From positions 56,085-120,084 of the IMG/VR virus record IMGVR_UViG_3300032214_000986: a stretch of 64,000 bases of DNA; one strand, given 5' to 3'. Below the pieces are notes generated by a model, which had not been told where the DNA came from, did no database searches, and saw only the letters and a list, made by a program, of their open reading frames with translations. The translations under genes were made by a program, and so were the position numbers. The stretch comes from a virus. The first letter of the stretch is position 1. The number at the start of each line of letters is the position of its first letter. Shown here in pieces: positions 10,746-21,232 of this stretch.

Positions 10746-13700
10746 TTATGCCAATTCTACCCAATCATTTGATGGGTTAAAGTAAAGTTCATCCGCCGCA
10801 ATCGCATAACCAACAACTCTAACAATATCCGCAGTCCCTGTTGGTTGAGTAGATGAAAGACCTCCGGCGGTTACAGACAAATAAACAGGTGCACCAATTG
10901 TAAATGACCAAGATGTATTTTTAAAGTACCCTCTAATTAACATACCTCTATTAAAACCTGCGGCTGTTGTTGCAATAGCTAATAAATTTCTAGATGAGGA
11001 CGCAGCATCCGCATCCGCAGCAATCCATGTTGATGAAGAAGAAAGATAGTAAACATTACCTGCAACAACACCACTACCTATATCCCCAATTGATAATGCC
11101 TCACCATACCATTGACCATTAGTTGTAAGAACCGTAACAGGGTCTGTATTAATTTTCCACGATCCAGCACCTCTTGTAACTTCTAATTCCCCATCAACGG
11201 TTGCGTCCACCGAAACTGTCACATTACCCGTTACCGCTAAAGTGGTCCCATTAAATGTTAAGTTTGGTTCTGAATTTGCCGAATTTGCCGTTCCGTTAGC
11301 GGTTAATACGTTATTATCGGTTGTTGGTGAAATGGTTGTGAACCCTGTACCACTAGAACCCGCACTTCCTGAGGATCCTGAAGAACCTCTAGTACCCGAT
11401 GTCCCACTAGACCCTGACGACCCACTTGACCCTGACGATCCGCTAGAACCTGATGTTCCACTATTACCTGAACTACCACTAGATCCTGAAGTTCCATTCG
11501 CTCCGCTTGTTCCACTTGATCCAGATGTTCCACTATTACCTGAACTACCACTAGATCCTGAAGTTCCCGTATTACCTGAACTACCACTAGATCCTGATGT
11601 ACCTGTGTTTCCTGAAGTTCCGCTCGACCCACTTGTACCCGCAGCTCCCGATGCTCCTGAAGAACCACTAGTCCCTGAAGTACCACTAGATCCTGATGTC
11701 CCCGTATTACCTGACGATCCGCTCGACCCTGACGAACCTCTTGTCCCCGATGTACCACTTGAACCACTATTACCTGACGATCCGGATGTGCCTGTATTTC
11801 CTGATGACCCCGATGTTCCATTCGCACCACTCGTACCTGAACTACCACTTGTCCCACTATTACCTGAAGAACCTGACGTTCCGCTATTTCCTGAAGAACC
11901 ACTAGAACCTGATGTTCCACTATTTCCTGAAGAACCACTACTTCCACTTGTTCCTGAAGAACCCGATGTTCCGCTATTACCCGATGAACCACTTGATCCT
12001 GAAGTACCATTTGCTCCGCTTGTTCCACTAGAACCCGATGTTCCACTATTTCCTGAAGAACCACTTGATCCTGATGTTCCATTTGCTCCGCTTGTTCCTG
12101 AAGAACCTGATGTTCCGCTATTACCTGAACTACCACTACTTCCACTTGTTCCTGAAGAACCTCTTGTACCCGAAGTACCGCTCGAACCTGATGACCCACT
12201 TGAACCTGACGATCCACTTGAACCTGATGTTCCGCTATTACCTGAACTACCACTACTTCCACTTGTTCCTGAAGAACCTGACGTTCCACTATTACCCGAA
12301 GAACCGCTAGACCCCGAAGTACCATTTGCGCCACTCGTTCCTGAGCTCCCTGATGTTCCACTATTACCTGATGAACCACTTGAACCTGATGTTCCACTAT
12401 TACCTGATGAACCACTCGTACCACTCGTTCCTGAAGAGCCTGATGTTCCACTATTACCCGATGACCCTGAAGTACCTGCAGAACCACTTGATCCTGAAGT
12501 ACCATTTGCGCCGCTCGTACCACTAGAACCTGAAGTTCCACTATTTCCTGAAGAACCGCTAGACCCCGATGTTCCATTTGCTCCTGAAGTACCGCTAGTA
12601 CCGGACGAACCTCTTGTTCCTGAGGTACCACTCGATCCCGAACTACCTGATGATCCTGACGACCCACTAGATCCGGACGTTCCGCTATTTCCTGAAGAAC
12701 CTGAAGTCCCACTTGTACCGCTAGAACCTGAAGTTCCACTATTTCCCGAAGAACCGCTAGAACCTGAAGTCCCACTATTACCTGAAGAACCACTACTACC
12801 TGCAGACCCTGAACTACCACTGGTTCCTGACGTACCTGAAGACCCGCTCGTACCGCTATTACCCGATGAACCTGAAGACCCCGCACTTCCGCTAGATCCA
12901 GATGTTCCTGAGCTACCTGATGTTCCGCTATTTCCGCTTGAACCTGAAGACCCCGCACTTCCGCTAGATCCACTCGTACCCGAACTTCCTGAAGTACCGC
13001 TATTTCCACTTGAACCTGAAGAACCGCTAGATCCGTTTGTTCCACTAGTACCTGATGTACCTGACGAACCTCTAGTACCTGAGGTACCACTTGATCCGGA
13101 CGAACCTGATGAACCACTCGAACCTGCAGAACCGGATGTACCCGATGTTCCGCTTGAACCTGAAGTCCCACTATTTCCTGATGATCCGCTCGTCCCTGAA
13201 GAACCTGATGTTCCACTATTTCCTGAAGATCCGCTAGATCCCGCACTACCGCTAGACCCTGACGTACCACTTGTTCCTGAAGAACCCGAAGTTCCACTAT
13301 TACCTGAACTACCACTTGAACCTGATGTACCACTAGAACCATTTGTCCCACTAGTTCCTGATGTGCCTGATGATCCTCTTGTTCCTGATGTACCGCTTGA
13401 ACCAGCAGACCCTGAACTACCTGAAGAACCCGCAGAACCAGATGACCCACTTGTTCCTGACGTTCCGCTAGTACCACTAGAACCAGATGTACCACTATTT
13501 CCTGAAGAACCGCTTGATCCTGATGTTCCGCTATTACCACTTGAACCTGAGCTTCCTGATGTACCACTTGTGCCTGAGCTTCCTGATGTACCACTTGAAC
13601 CGGCAGACCCTGAACTACCTGAAGAACCGGATGTTCCACTATTTCCTGAAGACCCACTTGAGCCTGATGTACCGCTTGTTCCTGAAGAACCAGATGTTCC

Positions 13701-14735
13701 ACTATTTCCACTTGAACCTGAACTACCACTTGATCCTGCAGAACCCGAAGTACCACTATTACCCGAACTACCACTACTTCCACTTGAACCACTAGTTCCT
13801 GATGTACCGCTTGAACCAGCAGACCCTGAACTACCTGAAGAACCACTTGTTCCCGCACTTCCACTAGCCCCTGATGTTCCACTCGTACCTGAACTTCCTG
13901 ATGACCCTGCACTTCCGCTAGATCCCGAACTACCTGATGTCCCGCTCGACCCGTTTGTTCCACTTGTTCCTGAAGTACCTGATGAACCACTTGAACCCGC
14001 ACTTCCGCTAGATCCTGAAGTACCACTATTTCCACTTGAACCTGAGGACCCTGCAGAACCTGAAGTTCCACTTGACCCTGATGTTCCACTATTTCCACTT
14101 GAACCTCCCGTACCACTACTACCTGAGCTTCCGGCAGATCCTGATGTTCCACTCGTTCCTGAACTTCCTGATGTCCCGCTATTTCCACTTGACCCTGACG
14201 TTCCGCTCGTACCACTAGACCCCGAAGTTCCACTATTACCTGAAGACCCACTTGACCCTGCACTACCCGCAGAACCTGAACTTCCTGATGAACCCGCACT
14301 ACCGCTAGTTCCGGATGTACCACTACTTCCTGAAGACCCTGATGTGCCGCTAGTCCCACTATTTCCTGAAGAACCTGAAGAACCACTACTACCCGCAGAA
14401 CCGGATGTTCCGCTTGGACCTACAATGTCCCAATTGGTGTTATCACTTTGGATATATAATGAACCGTATTGTAATAATGTTTTTGTTGATGACCCGTCAA
14501 TAGTTTGACCTCCTGTTGTTGCAACAGTTATTGTTCCTGAACCACTATTTTTAATTACGAAAACTTGACCTTGTATCCCTACCGCAGTTGGTAAGGTTAC
14601 GGTAAATGTTCCTGAAACACAATCAACTAAATAGTTTTCTGTATTTACAGTGTATGTTGCACTCACCGCAGAATACGGTAAAATGACACCTCCTAAAGAT
14701 TTTAGGCCGTTACGGGCTACAAATTTATTACTCAT
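10746..14735 (-). CDS. Giant Gly-X-Y (G-T/S-S) repeat fibre protein, collagen-like or polyglycine-II-like
   Basis: About 1030 aa of [12 protein letters not shown] triplets. N-terminal beta domain [24 protein letters not shown] and C-terminal domain ending ..VVGYA..LYFNP, both seen in phage fibre/decoration proteins. Confidence 0.8.
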   Translation of the reverse strand: MSNKFVARNGLKSLGGVILPYSAVSATYTVNTENYLVDCVSGTFTVTLPTAVGIQGQVFVIKNSGSGTITVATTGGQTIDGSSTKTLLQYGSLYIQSDNTNWDIVGPSGTSGSAGSSGSSGSSGNSGTSGTSGSSGSSGTSGTSGSAGSSGSSGSAGSAGSSGSSGNSGTSGSSGTSGTSGSSGNSGTSGSSGTSGTSGSAGSSGSSGTGGSSGNSGTSGSSGTSGSAGSSGSSGNSGTSGSSGSAGSSGSSGTSGTSGTNGSSGTSGSSGSSGSAGSSGSSGTSGTSGASGSAGTSGSSGSSGSAGSSGTSGTSGSSGSSGSSGNSGTSGSAGSSGSSGSSGNSGTSGSSGTSGTSGSSGSSGNSGTSGSSGSSGSAGSSGTSGSSGTSGTSGSSGSSGNSGTSGSSGSSGNSGTSGSSGTSGTSGTSGSSGSAGSSGSSGSAGSSGTSGTRGSSGTSGTSGTNGSSGTSGSSGSSGNSGTSGSSGTSGTSGSSGSAGSSGSSGNSGTSGSSGTSGSSGNSGTSGSSGTSGTSGSAGSSGSSGSSGSSGTSGTRGSSGTSGTSGTNGSSGSSGSSGNSGTSGSSGTSGSSGSAGSSGSSGNSGTSGSSGTSGSSGSAGSSGSSGNSGTSGSSGTSGTSGSSGSAGSSGSSGNSGTSGSSGSSGNSGTSGSSGTSGTSGSSGNSGTSGSSGSSGSSGSSGSSGTSGTRGSSGTSGTSGANGTSGSSGSSGNSGTSGSSGTSGANGTSGSSGSAGTSGSSGNSGTSGSSGTSGTSGSSGNSGTSGSSGSSGNSGTSGSSGTSGANGTSGSSGSSGNSGTSGSSGTSGSSGSSGNSGTSGSSGSSGSSGSSGSSGTSGTRGSSGTSGSSGSSGNSGTSGSSGTSGANGTSGSSGSSGNSGTSGSSGTSGANGTSGSSGSSGNSGTSGSSGTSGSSGSSGNSGTSGSSGSSGNSGTSGSSGNSGTSGSSGTSGANGTSGSSGNTGTSGSSGNSGSSGTSGTRGSSGSSGSSGNTGTSGSSGTSGTSGSSGASGAAGTSGSSGTSGNTGTSGSSGSSGNTGTSGSSGSSGNSGTSGSSGTSGANGTSGSSGSSGNSGTSGSSGSSGSSGSSGSSGTSGTRGSSGSSGSAGSSGTGFTTISPTTDNNVLTANGTANSANSEPNLTFNGTTLAVTGNVTVSVDATVDGELEVTRGAGSWKINTDPVTVLTTNGQWYGEALSIGDIGSGVVAGNVYYLSSSSTWIAADADAASSSRNLLAIATTAAGFNRGMLIRGYFKNTSWSFTIGAPVYLSVTAGGLSSTQPTGTADIVRVVGYAIAADELYFNPSNDWVELA
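11345..14420 (-). repeat. Coding 9-nt-period Gly-X-Y repeat tract
   Basis: Continuous CCTGAA/CCACT-type 9-mers on the plus strand with heavy synonymous variation. Confidence 0.95.
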
Positions 14736-14740
14736 ATAGT

Positions 14741-14768
14741 TTTTCTTTTTTCCCTATCCAAAAGAAAA
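14741..14768 (-). promoter_or_regulatory. 5' leader hairpin of the fibre gene (9-bp stem, loop GGAUAGGGAA)
   Basis: TTTTCTTTT 14741-14749 pairs with AAAAGAAAA 14760-14768; lies between the TATTTAT motif (14791-14797) and the ATG at 14735. Confidence 0.5.
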
Positions 14769-14840
14769 GTCGTATTTATGTTTTTATTTAATAAATACTA
14801 GATAAGTAAACTTTATACCTTTTTATTTAAAAATATACTT

Positions 14841-17800
14841 TTAGTTAGATAGTAGTATCCTAACATGGACTAATATATCCCATGTCCCACCACCAATCGA
14901 AGCGTCGAAATAAAGTGTAGATGCCGATACAGTTACCTTCCAAATGAAGTCATTAGTTGTCCCGTTTAAATCAGGAGATGAGACATCTGTAGAATCCGCA
15001 CTACTACCATCCCAAACAACATATACTTGTCCCATTCTTTTAGCACCATTATCTCTTGTGACACAATATTCAAAAAATGCCGCACAACCTAAATCAGTAC
15101 TAAACGATAATATATTTTGACTGGCAGAAACATTATTATCGGTCGTTGTATTAACTAAATGATATCCTAATTGTCTAAAATCACCATTATCGGTTAACAT
15201 TGAACCATCAAATGTTAAGTTAGGTTCGGCAACAATGCCACCCGCACCATCAGAGGTTAATACTTCATTATCACTTCCAGGTACCGTTGGGGAAACTCCT
15301 GAAGTACCGCTTGAACCTGAAGTACCACTAGTACCTGATGAACCTCTAGTACCAGAAGTACCTGAAGAACCACTAGACCCTGAACTACCACTTGTCCCTG
15401 ATGTTCCACTTGTACCTGAACTACCACTTGTCCCTGATGTTCCGCTAGTTCCTGAAGACCCACTCGTCCCATTTGCTCCTGAGGTACCACTAGACCCTGA
15501 CGATCCACTTGAACCTGAATTACCACTTGTTCCTGATGTTCCGCTAGTTCCTGAAGACCCACTTGATCCCGAACTACCTGATGAACCTGAACTTCCAGCG
15601 GTACCACTAGTACCTGAAGAACCACTTGTTCCACTAGCACCTGATGTTCCTGAACTACCACTTGTTCCTGCAGACCCTGATGTTCCACTTATACCTGAAG
15701 TTCCGCTAGAACCACTTGATCCTGAACTACCGCTCGTACCCGAAGTTCCGCTAGTTCCTGAAGTACCACTTGTCCCTGAAGAACCTGCACTTCCACTTGA
15801 CCCCGAGGAACCTGACGTTCCACTCGTACCTGTTGAACCCGAACTACCTGACGTTCCACTAGATCCCGATGTCCCGCTACTTCCTGAGGAACCTGACGAC
15901 CCACTAGATCCAGAAGACCCACTTAAACCTGAAGTTCCTGATGTACCTGAAGATCCACTTGACCCTGCAGACCCTGAAGAACCACTTGACCCCGCAGATC
16001 CAGATGTTCCTGAACTACCTGACGATCCGGTACTTCCGCTAGAACCTGATGTTCCACTTATACCTGAAGTTCCGCTAGAACCACTTGAACCAGCCGAACC
16101 ACTACTACCACTTGATCCTGAAGTTCCGCTAGACCCTGAAGACCCCGTACTACCACTTGAACCTGACGTTCCGCTAGTACCTGAAGACCCTCGAGTTCCA
16201 CTCGTACCGGAACTACCTGAAGACCCTGCACTTCCACTTGATCCTGATGAACCTGAAGTTCCACTTGTTCCTGATAAACCCGCACTCCCACTACTTCCTG
16301 ATGAACCATTTGTACCACTAGTTCCTGATGTACCTGAAGAACCCGAACTACCTACTAAGTAAAAATCTAAACAATAGACAACCCCCGGATTTGGTACAAA
16401 CCCTATTCCTGAAATATGAGATACTCCAAAGGTATGATAAGTACCTGAATCTGTATTCGATGTTATACTAAAGAAAAATGGTCCGTTGGATCCATCTAAC
16501 CTCACTATTGTACCAACAGTGATAGAATCTAAATACGAATCCAAATCCGTACCACTATTTGTTTGGTCACTTACGTATAAAGTATTTGTTGATGGTCCTA
16601 ATCCAACACTACCATTTGTAATTAATGTTCCTAAACCTGGTGGGATACCCTCACCCCAATACCAACATCCTACGGCAGATGAGTTACCGCTAGTTCCTGA
16701 TGAACCACTAGACCCTGACGTACCACTTGTTCCTGAAGTTCCGCTAGATCCTGAAGACCCGGCACTACCACTCGATCCCGACGAACCTGAACTACCACTT
16801 GTTCCGGAAGAACCACTTGAACCCGCAGAACCTGAACTTCCTGATGTTCCACTTGTTCCTGAAGTTCCACTTGTTCCTGAAGAACCTGCAGACCCACTTG
16901 AACCTGCAGTTCCCGATGTGCCACTTGTTCCTGAAGAACCGCCAGTACCACTTGTTCCTGAAGAACCGCCAGTACCACTTGTTCCCGCACTACCTGACGA
17001 ACCTGAACTACCACTTAATCCACTAGTTCCACTTGAACCCGAACTACCTGATGAACCACTTGAACCCGAACTACCTGACGTTCCGCTAGTGCCCGATGAC
17101 CCTGATGTGCCACTAGATCCCGATGACCCTGACGCTCCTGAAGAACCTGATGTCCCACTCGAACCGTTGGTTCCGTTTAAACCACTAACTCCTGAAGTTC
17201 CTGCAGTACCTGATGTTCCACTTGTTCCTGATGTCCCACTAGATCCACCACTACCCGATGTCCCCGAACTACCTGAAGAACCACTCGATCCTGAACTTCC
17301 TGAAGAACCACTCGACCCTGAACTTCCTGATGTGCCGCTCGTTCCTGATGTACCTGAACTTCCGCTTGAACCCGCAGAACCTGAACTTCCGCTAGTTCCT
17401 GATGTTCCGCTAGTTCCTGATGTTCCGCTCGAACCACTTGTTCCTGACAAACCTGATGACCCACTTGATCCCGCACTACCTGACGTACCACTACTACCTG
17501 ACGTACCACTTGATCCCGAACTACCACTTGAACCCGAGCTACCACTACTACCACTTGAACCCGCAGAACCTGCACTTCCACTTGATCCTGATGTTCCTGC
17601 ACTACCACTACTACCACTTGAACCTGCAGAACCCGATGTTCCCGCACTCCCGCTAGTACCTGATGTGCCACTTGTACCCGATGTGCCTGAATTACCGCTT
17701 GAACCCGCAGAACCTGAACTTCCGCTTGAACCCGCAGAACCTGAACTACCACTAGACCCTGATGTACCTGACGTTCCACTTGTTCCTGTTGAACCTGAAG

Positions 17801-19982
17801 AACCACTTGAACCTGATGTTCCGCTAGTACCTGAACTACCATTAGCACCTGAAGTCCCACTCGTACCCGAAGACCCTGAAGTCCCTGAGGTACCGCTAGA
17901 CCCTGTTGACCCACTAGACCCCGATGTACCACTTGTTCCACTTGTACCCGATGTACCACTTGTTCCAGAAGACCCGTTAATACCGCTTGTTCCTGAAGAA
18001 CCTGAAGAACCTGAAGAACCTGAAGAACCCGAAGATCCTGACGTACCTGATGTCCCACTCGTTCCTGATGAACCACTAGTACCACTAGTACCACTATTAC
18101 CACTCGTTCCAGAAGACCCGTTAATACCACTCGTTCCTGATGAACCTGATGATCCTGAGCTTCCACTTGAACCTGAGCTTCCGGTTGAACCTGAGGTTCC
18201 TGATGTCCCTGATGTTCCACTTGTTCCTGTTGAACCACTAGACCCCGAAGTACCTGAATTTCCACTAGACCCACTTGAACCGCTAGAACCTGATGTCCCT
18301 GATGTCCCACTTGTTCCTGTTGAACCTGAGCTCCCTGAAGTACCTGATGTTCCACTTGTTCCTGTTGAACCTGAGCTCCCTGAAGTACCTGAATTTCCAC
18401 TAGACCCACTTGAACCGGTAGAACCTGACGACCCTGAAGTCCCGCTTGTTCCTGAAGTCCCGCTTGTTCCTGAAGTTCCACTTGATCCTGACGAACCTGA
18501 ACTTCCACTCAACCCGCTTGTTCCTGACGAACCTGAACTTCCACTTGAACCTGCAGAACCCGATGTTCCACTTAATCCTGAAGTTCCACTTGATCCTGAT
18601 GAACCTGAGCTTCCACTTAATCCTGACGAACCTGAACTTCCACTCAACCCGCTTGAACCCGCAGAACCTGAACTTCCGCTTGAACCCGCAGAACCTGAAC
18701 TTCCTGACGTTCCTGATGTTCCTGAGGTACCGCTTGAACCTGCAGACCCGCTTGATCCCGACGAACCTGAACTACCACTTAAACCTGATGTGCCTGAACT
18801 ACCTGATGAACCACTTGACCCCGAAGACCCCGAAGACCCACTTGTCCCTGATGAACCATTTGTTCCATCGACACCACTTAAACCTGAACTTCCGCTAGAA
18901 CCGGCATTACCACTCGTTCCGGAACTACCACTTGACCCTGAGGAACCTGAAGAACCACTACTACCTGATGAACCAGATGTCCCTGAACTACCACTTGAAC
19001 CTGAGGAACCTGAACTTCCACTAGACCCACTCGTTCCGCTAGAACCTGATGAACCACTACTCCCATTTGAAGTTATTCCAGTAATTGAAACAACTCCGTT
19101 ATCTGTTCTGTATAACTCGATAGTACTACTTGCCGAGAAGTAAGTCCCGCCGGTTACGTAAATGTCTGTAAACCCCGTTAAAAACCCGTTTACGTTAAAT
19201 GTACCACCTGTATTATTTGTAAATGTTGCAACACCGTTATTTGGATTATACGTACCACCTGTAACGAATATTTCAGGAGGTAACCCTAAATAAGTCGTAG
19301 CTGAAAATGTACCATTAACCGTTAATCCGGTCATGGTATTTATTGTGGCATTATATGTACCACCGGTAACATCTAATATTGTGAACGTATTATTTAAATA
19401 AGTAAAACCACTTATTCCTGTACCCGTACCTGAACCCGCACATGTTCTAAACTTTCTCCAAGTCGAGGTTTCGTCACCTCCGTTGTAACCTTCAATTGTA
19501 TTACCCGTCCACATATTAACGAATGCGGCTCCTGCAACACTATTACTTTTAACGGTAGTACCAAAATCAGAAAAAACTACACTTGGTCCACCAGGACCCG
19601 ATGCTGCAACGGCATTATTCCAAACGGTTTGATAATTTTGTAAATGAAATTGGTATACACAATCAGTTTCATGAACATAGGCAAGCATACCTAATCTTCT
19701 TCTACCTGAAGAAATATTATCAGAACCTAAAGTTATAACATTAGGTGAAAATATACTACCGGAACCAACTTGTAATTGTATTGGAATTGTATTACCTGAG
19801 TTCTCAATATATCCCGTAGTTCCTGAAGGGACAGTGAAGAATAAATCAGATAAATTATACACCTCCATAAAACCACCAACACCCAACACACTAATATTAG
19901 TGCCGTAAGTGCTTGTTCGTAAAACCGAAGGAGCACCTAATACGTTAATGGGGGTTATTGGATTTTTATATATTCCTGACAT
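14841..19982 (-). CDS. Second giant Gly-X-Y Ser/Thr-rich fibre protein with an internal globular insert
   Basis: Globular N-terminus with VTGGTY repeats; two G-X-Y tracts (about 16680-19065 and 15295-16350) separated by a non-repeat segment of about 110 aa; globular C-terminus. Confidence 0.8.
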   Translation of the reverse strand: MSGIYKNPITPINVLGAPSVLRTSTYGTNISVLGVGGFMEVYNLSDLFFTVPSGTTGYIENSGNTIPIQLQVGSGSIFSPNVITLGSDNISSGRRRLGMLAYVHETDCVYQFHLQNYQTVWNNAVAASGPGGPSVVFSDFGTTVKSNSVAGAAFVNMWTGNTIEGYNGGDETSTWRKFRTCAGSGTGTGISGFTYLNNTFTILDVTGGTYNATINTMTGLTVNGTFSATTYLGLPPEIFVTGGTYNPNNGVATFTNNTGGTFNVNGFLTGFTDIYVTGGTYFSASSTIELYRTDNGVVSITGITSNGSSGSSGSSGTSGSSGSSGSSGSSGSSGTSGSSGSSGSSGSSGSSGSSGTSGNAGSSGSSGLSGVDGTNGSSGTSGSSGSSGSSGSSGSSGTSGLSGSSGSSGSSGSAGSSGTSGTSGTSGSSGSAGSSGSSGSAGSSGLSGSSGSSGLSGSSGSSGSSGTSGLSGTSGSAGSSGSSGSSGTSGLSGSSGSSGSSGTSGTSGTSGTSGTSGSSGSTGSSGSSGNSGTSGSSGSTGTSGTSGTSGSSGSTGTSGTSGTSGSSGSSGSSGNSGTSGSSGSTGTSGTSGTSGTSGSTGSSGSSGSSGSSGSSGTSGINGSSGTSGNSGTSGTSGSSGTSGTSGTSGSSGSSGSSGSSGSSGTSGINGSSGTSGTSGTSGTSGTSGSSGSTGSSGTSGTSGSSGTSGTSGANGSSGTSGTSGSSGSSGSTGTSGTSGTSGSSGSSGSAGSSGSSGSAGSSGNSGTSGTSGTSGTSGSAGTSGSAGSSGSSGSAGTSGSSGSAGSAGSSGSSGSSGSSGSSGSSGTSGSSGTSGSAGSSGSSGLSGTSGSSGTSGTSGTSGTSGSSGSAGSSGSSGTSGTSGTSGSSGSSGSSGSSGSSGSSGSSGTSGSGGSSGTSGTSGTSGTAGTSGVSGLNGTNGSSGTSGSSGASGSSGSSGTSGSSGTSGTSGSSGSSGSSGSSGSSGTSGLSGSSGSSGSAGTSGTGGSSGTSGTGGSSGTSGTSGTAGSSGSAGSSGTSGTSGTSGTSGSSGSAGSSGSSGTSGSSGSSGSSGSAGSSGSSGTSGTSGTSGSSGSSGTSGNSSAVGCWYWGEGIPPGLGTLITNGSVGLGPSTNTLYVSDQTNSGTDLDSYLDSITVGTIVRLDGSNGPFFFSITSNTDSGTYHTFGVSHISGIGFVPNPGVVYCLDFYLVGSSGSSGTSGTSGTNGSSGSSGSAGLSGTSGTSGSSGSSGSAGSSGSSGTSGTRGSSGTSGTSGSSGSTGSSGSSGTSGSSGSSGSAGSSGSSGTSGISGTSGSSGSTGSSGSSGTSGSAGSSGSSGSAGSSGSSGTSGTSGLSGSSGSSGSSGSSGSSGTSGSSGTSGSSGSTGTSGTSGSSGSSGSAGSSGTSGTSGTSGTSGTSGSSGSSGSSGTSGISGTSGSAGTSGSSGTSGASGTSGSSGTSGTAGSSGSSGSSGSSGSSGTSGTSGTSGNSGSSGSSGSSGTSGANGTSGSSGTSGTSGTSGSSGTSGTSGTSGSSGSSGSSGTSGTRGSSGTSGTSGSSGTSGVSPTVPGSDNEVLTSDGAGGIVAEPNLTFDGSMLTDNGDFRQLGYHLVNTTTDNNVSASQNILSFSTDLGCAAFFEYCVTRDNGAKRMGQVYVVWDGSSADSTDVSSPDLNGTTNDFIWKVTVSASTLYFDASIGGGTWDILVHVRILLSN

Positions 19983-19997
19983 AGTCTGTTAATTTTA

Positions 19998-21077
19998 TTA
20001 TTGTGTATCATTACCTCTGAAATAAATAGCATTTGTATTTAATATTTTGAATATCTGATAAGGGAATGTTGTATAAACTTTATACGTACCAGAAGGAATT
20101 GTTGACCCTGTGTACGTGAATGTGTAAGAGTAAATTGTTGACTCAGTATTAACTTCAGTTAACACGTTAGGGTCACCGTTAGTACTAATATCTATTTTAA
20201 CTTGAGTTTCGCCATTAGTTGCAATTAATGGTATCATCCAAGTGTACCATGCTTGACCACTAACTGTATTTGCAGAAACCTGAGTTGTTAAGAAGTTGTA
20301 AGCATTAATTGGGTTACCATAATCGTCAACTCCTCCAGATACTTGAGGAACTGTTTGTGTGATAATCTCAGGGAATTCATTATTAGTCCATCCTGCATAA
20401 TCAACATACAAGTTCATATCAATATTAAATTGTGTTTGGTCTTGAGCCGGTTGAGAAGAGTTAGAGAATCCGAAGAAATTCGATCCTTCATCATACATCC
20501 AAGTACCAATATCTTCTGAACCACTTAATGGTTCGATGAATAAATATGCAAAATTGTTCACGAACGGAGTTGGTGTTGGGGTTGGTGTTGGACTTGTAGT
20601 CGGTGTTGGTGTTGGACTTGTAGTCGGTGTTGGTGTTGGAGTGGCTGTAGGTCTTGGTGTTGCCGATGCGGTTGGAGTAGGTGTTGGGTTAGGGATTGGT
20701 ATTGGTAATGGACTTCTTCCTGATCCACAACATAAAGAATTATCAACAAAGGATTCTAAAATTGTTATAAACAATTCATCCCTTAAAGGTAAAATCACCG
20801 AACCCTGAGAAGTCTCAATACTAAACTCACCTTTAAATCTTCCAACTTTTAATGTATTTTTTTCGCTAAACTGATAATATATTGAATTATTCTCCAATGA
20901 GTATATACAAGGAGCACTTGCGATACGATATATCCCCGTATCAACATTAATCATAGAAAAATATATGGTAGCCCCCGTTAAATCACTATAAACGTAATTG
21001 TAATCTAATTTTCCGTCTTTAATTAAGTCTATTTCGAGATAGGGTAGCGTACTTTTCTTGCGAATAAAAAATTCCAT
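19998..21077 (-). CDS. BppU/DUF2479-like N-terminal domain + Pro-Thr linker + C-terminal domain; probable baseplate/fibre attachment protein
   Basis: [10 protein letters not shown]...[11 protein letters not shown]...GRFKGEF pattern and PTPT tract. Start set to ATG 21077 because TATTTAT lies just upstream. Confidence 0.6.
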   Translation of the reverse strand: MEFFIRKKSTLPYLEIDLIKDGKLDYNYVYSDLTGATIYFSMINVDTGIYRIASAPCIYSLENNSIYYQFSEKNTLKVGRFKGEFSIETSQGSVILPLRDELFITILESFVDNSLCCGSGRSPLPIPIPNPTPTPTASATPRPTATPTPTPTTSPTPTPTTSPTPTPTPTPFVNNFAYLFIEPLSGSEDIGTWMYDEGSNFFGFSNSSQPAQDQTQFNIDMNLYVDYAGWTNNEFPEIITQTVPQVSGGVDDYGNPINAYNFLTTQVSANTVSGQAWYTWMIPLIATNGETQVKIDISTNGDPNVLTEVNTESTIYSYTFTYTGSTIPSGTYKVYTTFPYQIFKILNTNAIYFRGNDTQ

Positions 21078-21094
21078 ACAGATAAATACTTCCA

Positions 21095-21128
21095 AAAAGA
21101 AAAGGTGTCCGTAAAGAACACCTTTCTT
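21095..21128 (-). terminator. Intrinsic terminator
   Basis: AAAGGTGT/ACACCTTT stem with U-tract on minus. Confidence 0.55.
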
Positions 21129-21232
21129 AGATTCTAGAACACCCCCCTTTCTTTAAAGGTTTATGAAAACTCAATACTACTTTTGTTTTCAGATTGTTAT
21201 TGTATTATCCGACAACAACAAAACGGATATCT

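Noticed and set aside
11345-19065. Possible CRISPR array or satellite DNA
   Set aside because: Degenerate 9-nt coding periodicity with no constant repeat plus unique spacers; no cas genes
11242-19143. Very long plus-strand PEVPL/PDVPL ORFs and alternative-frame VLQVVQ ORFs over the fibre genes
   Set aside because: Shadow frames of Gly-Ser-Thr codon repeats, which lack stops in antisense and shifted frames. They begin and end with the repeat tracts and have no expression signals.
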